Positions 27,352 through 36,933 are shown, counted from the first letter of the stretch. The stretch is 62,048 bases of DNA from a virus (IMGVR_UViG_3300027856_000009:1-62048); one strand, 5' to 3'. Numbers and translations are program-made. Notes: a model not told the origin generated them from the letters alone.

Positions 27352-27891
27352 TCATCGGTTCCGTCCCATCCCGAGCCGCTCCATCGCCTTTAGGCGCTTC
27401 ATCGCCTTCGTGTATCCGACGAACGACTTCTCGCAGGCGCGAAGCTGGGTCACGAGGTTGGTGCGCACGTCGTCGAGTAGCTCGTACCCCGGGACGTGGC
27501 CGAGGTGCTCCTCACTGGTGACGCCCACGAGCGCAGCGAACTGACGGAACGCCTTGACGTACGCGGTGAAGTCCCAGCGCAGAACCGACCGCGGGCCGGG
27601 GCGCTTCATCTTCCAGTCGGTTACGCGGTCGATCGCGTTGCCAGCATCGGCCGCGAGGGTGCGCACGTCGGGTTGGTGGCACAGCTCCAGCACTCCGATG
27701 ACCGTGTGGGCCGCGGGGATCACCTCGCGCAGCGCGCGCCACGCCAGATCGGCCTCGCTCGGGGTGGCGACTACGTCGGCGTCACCCTGGCCGCCGTACG
27801 GCGGGGTGGGCAGCCAGTCGGGAGCTGCGTCTTCCTCGGCGCCCATGCTGGCACGGCGGTCTTTGAACGGGTTGCGGTGGCGTCTGGCCAT
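27352..27891 (-). CDS. Hypothetical protein with RRHRNP N-terminus
   Basis: Preceded by TTGACA-16-TAGACT-N6-ATG. Confidence 0.7.
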   Translation of the reverse strand: MARRHRNPFKDRRASMGAEEDAAPDWLPTPPYGGQGDADVVATPSEADLAWRALREVIPAAHTVIGVLELCHQPDVRTLAADAGNAIDRVTDWKMKRPGPRSVLRWDFTAYVKAFRQFAALVGVTSEEHLGHVPGYELLDDVRTNLVTQLRACEKSFVGYTKAMKRLKAMERLGMGRNR

Positions 27892-28221
27892 GGCCGCAGT
27901 CTAACATCAGCTCATAGCGTGTCAACCCGTATTTCAGATAAGAGACATTATCGGAAGTAACTCAGACCGTGGGGAAGGCGCTCGCGCGCAGTTCGGGGCC
28001 CATGTTCCACCGGGTCCCTTAGTTCCGTCATCAGCCTGGGCTCCCTTCTTCTTCGCCGAGCGCCGCGCGCAGGTCGTTCGCGCAGTTGACGAGGATGTGC
28101 CACGCGCCGGGACCCTCCTCGTGCGGGTTGTTCTGCCAATCCTCGGCGAGCTGGAGAAGCTGGGCGCGCTGGGCGCGCAACCGATCGACTTCCGCGAGCA
28201 GTGCGAGACCGAACGCGGTGC

Positions 28222-28491
28222 TCAGGCCTCGCTCGGCCGCGAGGTCTTCGCGGATTGCTTCTGTGCGGCCTCAGCCTTGGCCTCGATGTCGTCGCAGTAG
28301 TGAGCGAGGTACAGCATCGCCGCATGGTCGGCGCTCTGCGCGCTGAAGCTGAACTCGCGCGTCGGCCCGAGCACTGCCCAGTGGCCTGGCGCAGGATGCC
28401 TCTGTGTCGGTTCGTTGGGGCCGAGCACCTCGATGCCACGCACGAGGCGCTGCAGCCGCAGAATCCACCGCCCCTGTCCGACGCTGCTCAT
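28222..28491 (-). CDS. Hypothetical protein
   Basis: ATGA overlap with upstream gene. Confidence 0.5.
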   Translation of the reverse strand: MSSVGQGRWILRLQRLVRGIEVLGPNEPTQRHPAPGHWAVLGPTREFSFSAQSADHAAMLYLAHYCDDIEAKAEAAQKQSAKTSRPSEA

Positions 28492-28802
28492 GTTGTCTTC
28501 GCGTCGAGGTTGTCGCGCATCTTCTTGAACTTTGCCCACACCTTGCTGCACGGATCGCTCCGGACGATGGTGCTCACGTCGCCGCCCTTGTAGAGCTTGT
28601 CGAAGAGCTGGAGCATGGCGTTCACCTCCTCGTCGCGGAAGGAGTTGGAGGCGCGGTACTTGTTCTTGGAATCGTCGGCAGTGGTCACCCGGGGCTCCTC
28701 GCTGCAGTTGGGACACGGTTCGTTGCTCGTAGCGTGAAGCAGCTCCACCGTCACCCACCGCTTGCCGCCGCAGGTGCGGCAGGGCTCGTTCTCGCCCGCC
28801 AT
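28488..28802 (-). CDS. Zn-finger hypothetical protein
   Basis: CRTCGG...CPNC. Confidence 0.65.
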   Translation of the reverse strand: MAGENEPCRTCGGKRWVTVELLHATSNEPCPNCSEEPRVTTADDSKNKYRASNSFRDEEVNAMLQLFDKLYKGGDVSTIVRSDPCSKVWAKFKKMRDNLDAKTT

Positions 28803-28811
28803 TGTGCGTCG

Positions 28812-28840
28812 AAGGTAGTCCTTGTCAGACAACCGGTCAA
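28812..28840 (-). promoter_or_regulatory. Promoter TTGACC-17-TACCTT with operator TTGTCTGACAA in the spacer
   Basis: Operator 28822-28832 in a divergent intergenic region. Confidence 0.65.
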
Positions 28841-28873
28841 GCGCTAGTGTTTCGGCCTCTTGGGAGGAGACGG

Positions 28874-29374
28874 ATGGCGAACCTGTACGAGCTGATGGGC
28901 GACTACGCAGCCCTGCAAGACGCGATCGACGCGGGTGCGTCGGACGAGGAGATCGGTGCCCTCATCGCGACGATGGATGACGCAAAGGGCACGCTCAAGA
29001 CGAAGGTCGACAACGTATGCCGCGTCCTCAGGAACATCGCCGGCAAGGTTACGGCGGTGAAGAACGAGGAGAAGCGCCTCGGGGCACGCCGCAAGGCGTT
29101 GGAGAACAACAAGGAGCGCCTGCGGAGCTGGGTGCGCGAGTCGATGGACGTGCTCGACGTCCCGAAGATCAAGACCGACCTCAACAACGTGACGCTCGGG
29201 GACGCCGGGGACACGGTGACGATCCTCGACATCAACAAGGTGCCCGACGAGTACAAGACGAAGCAGGACCCGAAGCCGCTCAAGAAGGCGATCCTCAAGG
29301 CGTACGAGGACGACGGTGAGATCATCCCCGGCACCGACATCGTCAAGGGCGTGCGCCCGCTGACCATCCTGTGA
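28874..29374 (+). CDS. Siphovirus Gp157-family protein
   Basis: MANLYEL...KVDN...KNEEKRLGARRKALENNKERLR...VPDEY...IPG; GGAGGAG RBS. Confidence 0.85.
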   Translation: MANLYELMGDYAALQDAIDAGASDEEIGALIATMDDAKGTLKTKVDNVCRVLRNIAGKVTAVKNEEKRLGARRKALENNKERLRSWVRESMDVLDVPKIKTDLNNVTLGDAGDTVTILDINKVPDEYKTKQDPKPLKKAILKAYEDDGEIIPGTDIVKGVRPLTIL

Positions 29375-29607
29375 GCGCTCAGCGCCCCTGGAGTCAGTAG
29401 AGGAGCGCGAGGCCGCCGCTGATGGTCACGCTGACGGCCACCGACGTCTTCAGTTCACCGTCGAGCTGTGCGAACGACTCGCGCAAGTCGAGCAGCGCGA
29501 GGACGAAGCAGCCGCCGAGAACATGCGACTGCGAGGCGCGCTGAGAGAGCTTCGAGATTCCATCGACGTAATCCTGCGTCGAGAGTAACCGTGTATGGAA
29601 CTGCGAT

Positions 29608-30363
29608 ATGACCAACCAACATGGAGACCGCCAAATGTCTATTCGAGTAAGCGAGGCCCGTACTGCTACGGGGCGCCATTATCCGTTGACCCGCATCGGA
29701 CCGTTCGTCCGATCCGTCCGCAAGGACCGGAACCTACCGCAATGGAAAGTTGCCAAAGAGTGGGCCGCGCTCGGAGGCAACATCCGAGACACGCAGTCGA
29801 TCGTCTCCGAAGTGGAGACGAGCAAGAGCACGCCGGACGAAGACCTGCTGCTTGTAATCGCGCAGTGGGTGGGCGGTAACGCGCCGTTGTACACCCTCCC
29901 CGGCGAGCGCCCGCCGAAGAAGGTCACGCTCGCCGTGCTCATGGAGTGGCGCGACAAGGATCTCGCCGAGCGCAAGGCGTGGGCCGTGGAAGGTCGGAAG
30001 CGCGGCGCGCGAAAGAGCGGCGCGCGGCGGACCGCCAACGCGAGGAAGGAAGCCGAGAAGCGGCGCAAGCTGACTGCTATTCGTACGGCTGCGACTCAGC
30101 AAGCGCTGCGAGAGGCGAACATGGCGCAGCCCGATCCCGTCGTTCAGCGAATCGTCAACAACCTGCACGGCGAGGGTGAGGAGGTCGAGACCGCCGCACG
30201 GGAGCCCGGTGCCCGGAGCAAGATCGCGGTGACGAGCCGTGACAGCGACCTGGAAGAGATGCGCGCGATGGTGCGCGTCACCGACGTGCTGACGCCGCTC
30301 TCCAACGAATCGCGAGCGAAGGTTCTGTCGTGGGCCGCGCGCGTGCTCGGAGTCGAGCTGTGA
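29608..30363 (+). CDS. XRE-type HTH transcription regulator with long C-terminal extension
   Basis: IGPFVRSVRKDRNLPQWKVAK...IVSEVETSKSTP; start could be 29635. Confidence 0.65.
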   Translation: MTNQHGDRQMSIRVSEARTATGRHYPLTRIGPFVRSVRKDRNLPQWKVAKEWAALGGNIRDTQSIVSEVETSKSTPDEDLLLVIAQWVGGNAPLYTLPGERPPKKVTLAVLMEWRDKDLAERKAWAVEGRKRGARKSGARRTANARKEAEKRRKLTAIRTAATQQALREANMAQPDPVVQRIVNNLHGEGEEVETAAREPGARSKIAVTSRDSDLEEMRAMVRVTDVLTPLSNESRAKVLSWAARVLGVEL

Positions 30364-30514
30364 CCGAACCAGGGGGAGAAGTCCGACTGCACGACGGTGT
30401 CGAAATCACCTCGCTGGACCAGTACCTGGAGCTGCTTGGGCTCCCGGATCCCTGGGTGCCCGCGTCTTGATTTCGCGAGCCGTGGTGGGTTCTTGAGGAG
30501 TGTGTAGGCCACAG

Positions 30515-31222
30515 CTAGTACCAGCTGGGGATCCGCGTACGGATCTTCACTCCTCGCTTGCCGCGCGCCATGATGCGCTTCTTCGCGTCGGTCTTCGAGC
30601 TGGCCTTGACCAGTCCGTAGCGCCCCTCGCTGTCCTCCCAGAAGAACTCCTTGAGCTTCTTCTTGGCGATGGCAGCGCGGCGTTCGGCCAGGTGGCGCTT
30701 CTTCGCGGCGCTGGGCTTCCGGCTCGTGCGCCGCGCAGGCTTCTTGGCGGCCTTCTTCGTGGTGCGGCGCTTTGGCTTCTTCGGCCAGCCATGCTTCTCG
30801 CGAGCCCCCTCCTTCTTCAGCTCCGCCGCAAGCCACGGATCGTCCTTGGCGATCTCGCGAAGCGCCTTGTCGACCTCCTTGTCGAGCTGCGCCGCGCTCA
30901 GCCGCTTCGGCTTCGGCTTCATGACGCCGATGGCCTTCCCTCCGGCGCTGGGCGTCTTCGGCCCGATGCCCTTGCCCATCGAGCGCACGAGGTCTTCCGA
31001 GAGGACCGCGGGGACGCCCAGGTCACGAGCCTTGCTGACCTTTGTCCTCCCGGGACGGGTGCCGATGATGAGCAGGTCGGTGGTGAGCTGCACGCCCCCC
31101 TGCACGTTGATGCCGCGCTTGCCGAACGCGGCCACGACCTTCTTCCGCGGGGCCACTGTCGTACCCGTGAGCACGACGTTGTTGATGCGGTACTTCTTGC
31201 CGGCGATGGTCAGCGTGGCCAC
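30515..31222 (-). CDS. BRCT-domain protein with Lys/Arg-rich histone-like region
   Basis: VVLTGT...VQLTTDLLIIG..PGRTKVSKARDLGVP (LigA-type BRCT); KKAAKKPARRTSRK. Confidence 0.75.
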   Translation of the reverse strand: MATLTIAGKKYRINNVVLTGTTVAPRKKVVAAFGKRGINVQGGVQLTTDLLIIGTRPGRTKVSKARDLGVPAVLSEDLVRSMGKGIGPKTPSAGGKAIGVMKPKPKRLSAAQLDKEVDKALREIAKDDPWLAAELKKEGAREKHGWPKKPKRRTTKKAAKKPARRTSRKPSAAKKRHLAERRAAIAKKKLKEFFWEDSEGRYGLVKASSKTDAKKRIMARGKRGVKIRTRIPSWY

Positions 31223-31224
31223 GA

Positions 31225-31698
31225 CTACCGCCGCTGCAGGAACTGGTCGATCGCGTAGCCGGCGACGGCGCCACCGAGCGCACCGAGCATCCGGTTCTTG
31301 ACGAGCAGCGCGCCAGCGACGGCGCCACCACCGACGGCCAGGGCCATCCGCGGTACGCGCTGGGCCTCGCGGGTCATCTGCTCACCGACCTCGACGGCAG
31401 CCTGGTCCAGGTCCCTGACCGCCGCCTCGGCGGCGCTCCGGTCCTCCTGGAAGAGCTGGCGTGGGCGACCGCTGGGATCGACGTCGACCATGACGTTCTC
31501 GGAGCCGGGCGGGCTCACGATGTAGGCGCGCGCGCCGAGCCGGCGGTGGGCCATGATCATGGCGTCCATGGCGCCGGCCATGGTCTCGTAGGTGTTCGGG
31601 CCCGGGTCGCGGGTCTGCCCCTGGACGACCAGCTCGAAGAAGATGGGCTCGTCGCCGTTGCCGTTGCCGTTTGTCCCGAGGGACCGGTGGTAGGTCAT
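31225..31698 (-). CDS. Membrane protein (MTYHRSLG leader, NGNGNG)
   Basis: AGGAG RBS; Gly-zipper TM pair at C-terminus. Confidence 0.75.
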   Translation of the reverse strand: MTYHRSLGTNGNGNGDEPIFFELVVQGQTRDPGPNTYETMAGAMDAMIMAHRRLGARAYIVSPPGSENVMVDVDPSGRPRQLFQEDRSAAEAAVRDLDQAAVEVGEQMTREAQRVPRMALAVGGGAVAGALLVKNRMLGALGGAVAGYAIDQFLQRR

Positions 31699-31748
31699 GG
31701 ATGCTCTCCTGGTAGTCCAGGCGCCCCGTAGCCCCGCCAGGGTAGCAC

Positions 31749-31904
31749 TCAGAGGGCGCAGGGCTCCAGCCGGTTGACAGCGGGGGGCTTGCTCCAGCCG
31801 GCTTCGAGATCGATGACGAGGTGGTCGTCGCCCAGCTCCTCGGCTTCCTCGGCCGCGACCTTCAGCGCCTCCCGATAGTCTTGGCAGAGAACGGTGCTCC
31901 TCAC
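31749..31904 (-). CDS. Small hypothetical protein
   Basis: GTGA overlap with upstream microprotein. Confidence 0.45.
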   Translation of the reverse strand: MRSTVLCQDYREALKVAAEEAEELGDDHLVIDLEAGWSKPPAVNRLEPCAL

Positions 31905-32038
31905 TCGTGCCCCTGGGCGCCACGGCACGGCCCGTCGCAGAACACGCAGCACTCGCAGTGATGCTTCTGGCACTTCTGGCACTTCACCGGGAGCTTCGTT
32001 TCCTGTGTCGGCTCGTCGTCGCGCTCGGTCTCCGACAT
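31901..32038 (-). CDS. 45-aa Cys-rich microprotein
   Basis: Manual translation MSETERDDEPTQETKLPVKCQKCQKHHCECCVFCDGPCRGAQGHE; TACGAT-N6-ATG. Confidence 0.6.
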   Translation of the reverse strand: MSETERDDEPTQETKLPVKCQKCQKHHCECCVFCDGPCRGAQGHE

Positions 32039-32109
32039 GGCGGGATCGTATCACGATAGTGCGTCGAAACTACTTGTCTGACAACGCGCCGATGCGTATG
32101 GTCTTCGGC

Positions 32110-32532
32110 ATGTTCGAGCGTGGCCAACTCGTGATGGTGCGCCTGCGAGCGCGCGACAAACCGGTGAAGGCAGAGGTAGTGCTCGACGTTGGTGACGAGA
32201 CCGTGCTGGTGGACCCCTACGGCGACCCCACGCGGTTCGCACGGGTCCCCCGACGCGCCGTCACGAACGGGGTGCAGCAGGAGCCCCCGCGCGCCAAGAA
32301 GACACCCGTGTTCACGCCGCACGAACTACCGTCCGTGACCGCCCTGAGCTGCATGGAGACCGACCACGGGTGGTGTGCTACGCAGGTCCAGGCGCGGAAG
32401 CTGACGAAGGCGGAGGTGATCGCCGGGGTCTGGACCCTGTGCGGTACCTGGGCCGAGTCGCGGACGCTGCCGCTGAAGCGTGAACCCACCTGCCCCGAGT
32501 GCCGGGCGCAGCTGAAGATGGAGCCGACGTGA
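32110..32532 (+). CDS. SH3-like plus Zn-finger hypothetical protein
   Basis: FERGQLVMV...; TLCG...PTCPEC; operator 32074-32084 upstream. Confidence 0.6.
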   Translation: MFERGQLVMVRLRARDKPVKAEVVLDVGDETVLVDPYGDPTRFARVPRRAVTNGVQQEPPRAKKTPVFTPHELPSVTALSCMETDHGWCATQVQARKLTKAEVIAGVWTLCGTWAESRTLPLKREPTCPECRAQLKMEPT

Positions 32533-32852
32533 CTGCCGCCACCAAGATGTACCAGTTCGAGCGCAAAGACCTCGTCGAGGCACTGCGTGAGACGGTGGGT
32601 GCCGAGCCCACGGTCTGGGAGTGCGAGTGCGACTGCAACGGGCAGTTTGCGTTCGTCCGTGACGACCGCGCGCTCTGGTTCGCGTCGGCGCTCAACATCC
32701 ATCCGACGATCAACATCGTGGGGATGCAGAACGAGGTCGAGCTGACGACCTTTCTGATGTTGCTGGCCATCAGCCTCAACGAGGAGACGATGGTCCCGCT
32801 CGCCGCCGCGGTGCGTGCTGCGTGGGAGCAGAAGGAGCAGACCCCCTCCTAG
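32529..32852 (+). CDS. Hypothetical protein
   Basis: GTGA overlap. Confidence 0.55.
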   Translation: MTAATKMYQFERKDLVEALRETVGAEPTVWECECDCNGQFAFVRDDRALWFASALNIHPTINIVGMQNEVELTTFLMLLAISLNEETMVPLAAAVRAAWEQKEQTPS

Positions 32853-35416
32853 AGCGGGTCGTACCAGGAGTCGAGCGCGTCTGCGGTGACCTCTTCTTCG
32901 GCACGGTTCGGCTCCAGCCGCTCGACCTCTTCGCCGTAGACGTCGACCCAGTCGCCATCCTCGTCGAGGTCGTCGTCGGACTCGCCGTAGATGGAGTTGG
33001 GCTCCATGTGGCGGTCGAACTCCCGGTTGCCGGTGAGGGGGAACGCGCCGGGGTTCTCGAACACCTCGTCGGCCTCGGGATCGTCGAACGTCATCGCGGC
33101 GCCCTCTTCGCTCCCGAGGTCTTCGTTGTCGAACGCCTCGCCCACGAGCGCCGAAGCGTCGTCGAGGATGTCGGAGAGCCCGCAGATGAATCCGGCGGCC
33201 ATTCCGATCATCTCGCCGAAGACGAGCATGGACGCCATCTCGGAGGACAGGTCGACACCGTCGATGGCGCCGGCCGCTGTGACTGACTTTTCCATGAGGA
33301 GCATGGCGAGTTTGGCGTCGATGGTTCCTGCGCCGTCTAGGTAGACGATCTTGCAGGTGTTCGTCTGGCTGAGCCGGTGAATACGGTCCTCGGCCTGCAC
33401 CTGGTCCGCAGGGCGCCAGAGGCGCTCGAAGAAGACCATGTCCTGGCTACGCGTGAGCGTGGTCCCCGTCGCGATGTGGATCGAGTAGAGGATGACGTCG
33501 AGGTCGCCCCGTACCTGGAAGTCGTCGATGGCCTTCTGGCGTGCCGTCTTGGACATGCCACCCATCACCTTCCCGTAGCGGATGGGGCGGGGGATCGAGG
33601 GGAGCTTGGCGTTGACGCGGCCGCCTTTCTGGCCACGCTCTCGTCGCTTCACGATTTCGTGGTTCTCGTTGATCGCGTCGAGCGCGCTGGCGATTGCCGT
33701 GAACGCCTGCTTGTGGACGCCCATGACGACGAGGGGGCGCTGTGTCGAGGTAAAGAACTCGACGATGTAGTTGGTCGTCGCAGCCGCCTTCCCGACGGCG
33801 CTGATCTGCCGAAGCCGCGTCAGCTCCGTCAGGGCCGCTGCGCGCTGCGCTCTTGCGACCGCCTGGGCGCCGCCGTTGCGCTGCACCCACGCCATGAAGT
33901 TGGCGGCAGCCTCCGCGTACATCTTGCGGAACTTCGGGGACAGCGAGACCTCGCGCGTCGAGCGCTCTTTCGGGGGCAGCTCCGTGAGCACCTCCGCTTT
34001 CGTGTGGCGGACCATGAAGATGTTCTTGATGCGCGCGTGCAGCTCCTGCACGTTCGTGCGCCCGTTGGCGTTGAAGCCGAAGCGCCCCTTGTGGCCGCCG
34101 CAGTAGCGTTTCCAGAAGTTGAGCTGGGCGTACGGGCCGCCCCAAATCTGGTTGTCGATGAAGTAGAGGAGCGGGTACAGCTCTTTCGTTCGGTTCAGGA
34201 TGGGGGTGCCGGTCAGCAAGATCGGACGACCGCCCGGCGGCATGCCGAAGCGCAGGTCGTGGAACGCCTTGGTGCGCCGCGAGGTCTTGCCCGGACCCAT
34301 CTGGATTTCGGTCTTCCGCGACTCCTTGTTGAAGCGCGTCTGGAACGTCTTGAGATAGTGCGCTTCGTCGGCGATGACGGTCTTGTTCTGGCGCGCGAGC
34401 AGCCACTCGATGTGGCTGTGCAAGATGTCGTAGTTGATGACGATGACGTCGGCACGGCGCGCTATCTCGTCGACCATTTCGGGGCGCCCGCCCTCGATCT
34501 CGGCGACCGTAAGCTCGGGCCTGAACTTCGAGTACTCTTTGCCCCAGTTGACCTTCAGGAGCGCGGGGACGACGGCGACGGCCGGGGGGACCGTGCAGAC
34601 GATGGCGGTGAGCGTCTTGCCGAGTCCCATCTCGTCAGCGACCAGGCCACCGCCCCAGTGCAACTGTGCCTCCTCGACCTCCGCATGCCCGACCAAGAAG
34701 GTCTGCCCGTCGGCACTCTCGAAGCCGTAGCGCGAGCCTCCCGTGTGCTTGTCCTTGCCGATCCAGAACACGCGCCCTTGCGCCCCCTCGTCGGGCCCGG
34801 AGATGATGCGGACCTCTGTGCCCTTCCCGAACGCCTGGCCCGGCGCCGTCGGTGGCCCGATGGATGCGGACTTCGGGCGCATGATGAAGTCGATCGACTC
34901 CATCTGGAACGGGTACGGCCAAGCCTTGCCGGTCTCCGGGTTGATGGGAATGTCCGGCATGTAGTCGCCGGTGAGCACCTCTTCGGGCGGTACCACGCCG
35001 CCCGTCTCCTCGATCTCGTGCGCGATCTGTTTGGCCTTCTTGCGCCTCTCGGCCGAGACCTTCTTGCCGCTCATGGTCTCGATCTCGGCGAAGCTGAAGA
35101 AGACGCAGTTGCTCTTCTTCTTCTTGCCGAGCCCGACCCGCTGCTTACCGGGGTCGACCCACTGCACCTTCATCTTCTTGCCGCCCGGGATCGTGACGAG
35201 GTCGCCGACGCGGATGGCATCGATCTCGGGGCCGATCTCGGCAACCTCGCCCGTCTCTTCGGTCGGGTGGCCGACGGGGGGAGTCTCGGGGATCTCCTGT
35301 TCGAGCAGCGGCATCGACGGAAGGGGGAACAGGTTTCCGTCGTCGGCCGCTGCCTGCGGGAGTCCCGTCTCGAAGAGCGCTTCGAGGTCGGTCTCATCGG
35401 CTGGGTTCATGCGCAC
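32849..35416 (-). CDS. SNF2/SWI2-family helicase (HARP-like) with acidic tail
   Basis: ADEMGLGKT, DEAHYLK, LLTGTP, QAEDRIHR. Confidence 0.93.
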   Translation of the reverse strand: MRMNPADETDLEALFETGLPQAAADDGNLFPLPSMPLLEQEIPETPPVGHPTEETGEVAEIGPEIDAIRVGDLVTIPGGKKMKVQWVDPGKQRVGLGKKKKSNCVFFSFAEIETMSGKKVSAERRKKAKQIAHEIEETGGVVPPEEVLTGDYMPDIPINPETGKAWPYPFQMESIDFIMRPKSASIGPPTAPGQAFGKGTEVRIISGPDEGAQGRVFWIGKDKHTGGSRYGFESADGQTFLVGHAEVEEAQLHWGGGLVADEMGLGKTLTAIVCTVPPAVAVVPALLKVNWGKEYSKFRPELTVAEIEGGRPEMVDEIARRADVIVINYDILHSHIEWLLARQNKTVIADEAHYLKTFQTRFNKESRKTEIQMGPGKTSRRTKAFHDLRFGMPPGGRPILLTGTPILNRTKELYPLLYFIDNQIWGGPYAQLNFWKRYCGGHKGRFGFNANGRTNVQELHARIKNIFMVRHTKAEVLTELPPKERSTREVSLSPKFRKMYAEAAANFMAWVQRNGGAQAVARAQRAAALTELTRLRQISAVGKAAATTNYIVEFFTSTQRPLVVMGVHKQAFTAIASALDAINENHEIVKRRERGQKGGRVNAKLPSIPRPIRYGKVMGGMSKTARQKAIDDFQVRGDLDVILYSIHIATGTTLTRSQDMVFFERLWRPADQVQAEDRIHRLSQTNTCKIVYLDGAGTIDAKLAMLLMEKSVTAAGAIDGVDLSSEMASMLVFGEMIGMAAGFICGLSDILDDASALVGEAFDNEDLGSEEGAAMTFDDPEADEVFENPGAFPLTGNREFDRHMEPNSIYGESDDDLDEDGDWVDVYGEEVERLEPNRAEEEVTADALDSWYDPL

Positions 35417-35418
35417 GG

Positions 35419-36660
35419 CTACTTGTCCTTCACGATGCGGTAACGTCCCGGCTTCTTCTTGCTGTCGACGGTCTCGTACTCGCTGCCCTTGACGAGTCGG
35501 TCAGCGACCTCCTTCGAGAACAGGCGAGAGGTGCCCGTGGAGACGTCGAGGACGCAGACCTTGCCTTCGCGTTCGCGGATCTTCCGCTTGCGGTCTTCGA
35601 CCGTCAGCATCTGGCGCGTGATGCACATCTGGTCGCCGAAGACGCCCGAGATGATGTTCACGACCTGACGCAGGTCGCGCTGGTTGAAGTAGCGCCAGTA
35701 CATCGCCTCAGTCTTGGCCAGCGCGTAGCTCCACGCGCCCTTCTCACCCTCGCGACCGAAGAAGATGTCCTTGTTCTCCCACGCGAGGTCGTTGAACTCC
35801 TGGCTGTAGGGAACGTGAACGCGCATCGCGTGCTCTCCGACAGCCATGACCCGCTTGCGCCGAGCCTGCGTGTCCCACTGCTCGACCTGGTAGTCCGCGG
35901 GCACGTGCTCGAAGACGATGCCCTTCTTCGCGCTCGCCTTCTTCGTCGCCTTCCGCTGCGCTTGGATGTACTTGACCATCTTGGCGCCGTAGAACTCGGT
36001 CATCCGGTTGGCGGCGCCAGGCAGGCCGACGGCACGCGCGAACCGCTGAACGGACGCTACGACCATCCACTTCGGGTCGACCTTCTGGGCAGAGACGACG
36101 TCGCCGTCGAACCCGAACGAGACCGCGCGGCTCGCGTACCAGATGCCGTTCGAGACCATCGTGCGCCGCAGGTCGATGTCGTGACGCCAGGGGGCGTTCG
36201 GGTCGTCGGCGTTGCCGCCCTTCTTCTCCCAGTAGTCGCGCAGAGAGCCGGGGCGTAGCGGCTTCGTCTTGGTGACGATCTCGCCGCCTTGCGCCTTCGT
36301 GCCGTCAGGCAGCTCCTCGCCCTTCTTGAAGATGCGCTCGATGTAGGGCTTGCCCGTCGACGGGTTGAGGATCGGCTCCAGCCACCGCATGGGTTCGATG
36401 AGGGGCGCCTCGCGCATCGCCGCCGCGGCGGCCTCGGGATCGAAGTCACGCTCCATCTGCTGCCAGACGCGCGCGTGGCCGGAGCCGCCGACGTACTTGT
36501 CGTCGCAGATGGGCCCCCACCCGCGCTCCAGGCTCACCGGGTCACGCAGGGGTCGCCCGCAGATGGCGCAGCCCATCCTGAGGAGCTGGGTCGAGATGTC
36601 CTTCTCGTAGCCCTCCGCGTTGCGGGCCAGCTCGTCGGCCAGGTGGTAGTGCAGAGCCAT
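35419..36660 (-). CDS. DUF6011-type Zn-finger protein
   Basis: CAICGRPLRDPVSLERGWGPIC. Confidence 0.75.
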   Translation of the reverse strand: MALHYHLADELARNAEGYEKDISTQLLRMGCAICGRPLRDPVSLERGWGPICDDKYVGGSGHARVWQQMERDFDPEAAAAAMREAPLIEPMRWLEPILNPSTGKPYIERIFKKGEELPDGTKAQGGEIVTKTKPLRPGSLRDYWEKKGGNADDPNAPWRHDIDLRRTMVSNGIWYASRAVSFGFDGDVVSAQKVDPKWMVVASVQRFARAVGLPGAANRMTEFYGAKMVKYIQAQRKATKKASAKKGIVFEHVPADYQVEQWDTQARRKRVMAVGEHAMRVHVPYSQEFNDLAWENKDIFFGREGEKGAWSYALAKTEAMYWRYFNQRDLRQVVNIISGVFGDQMCITRQMLTVEDRKRKIREREGKVCVLDVSTGTSRLFSKEVADRLVKGSEYETVDSKKKPGRYRIVKDK

Positions 36661-36672
36661 CAGGAGGCCACC

Positions 36673-36933
36673 TTACTCCGGAGCGTGCGAGAGGGCTACG
36701 ATTGCGCGTGCTACGGCCTCGGGCACCTGGTCGTCAGCAAGCCCCCGCCCCCCGTAGCAGGGCAGACGTGCAGCGACGAAGCAGCGCGTCAGGGTGTCGA
36801 CTGTCTGGTCGGGGTTGAGGCTGTGGTTCAGGAGCGCCATTGCGGCGTTCCGGGCGCGCTCGTGGGCGACCTCTTCCCCGAGGTACCCGCTCCACGCCTC
36901 CGCGATGGCGTGGTAGATGCGGATGGCCATCAT
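36673..36933 (-). CDS. Hypothetical protein
   Basis: GGAG RBS; 86 aa. Confidence 0.55.
   Translation of the reverse strand: MMAIRIYHAIAEAWSGYLGEEVAHERARNAAMALLNHSLNPDQTVDTLTRCFVAARLPCYGGRGLADDQVPEAVARAIVALSHAPE

Noticed and set aside
29394-29615. 73-aa minus-strand ORF
   Set aside because: No RBS or motif, and it overlaps the likely promoter region of the XRE gene
33377-35443. 688-aa plus-strand ORF and similar long antisense ORFs (e.g. 15287..16864, 22053..23327)
   Set aside because: They lie opposite genes with clear motifs (SNF2, FkbM/sulfotransferase, UvrD)
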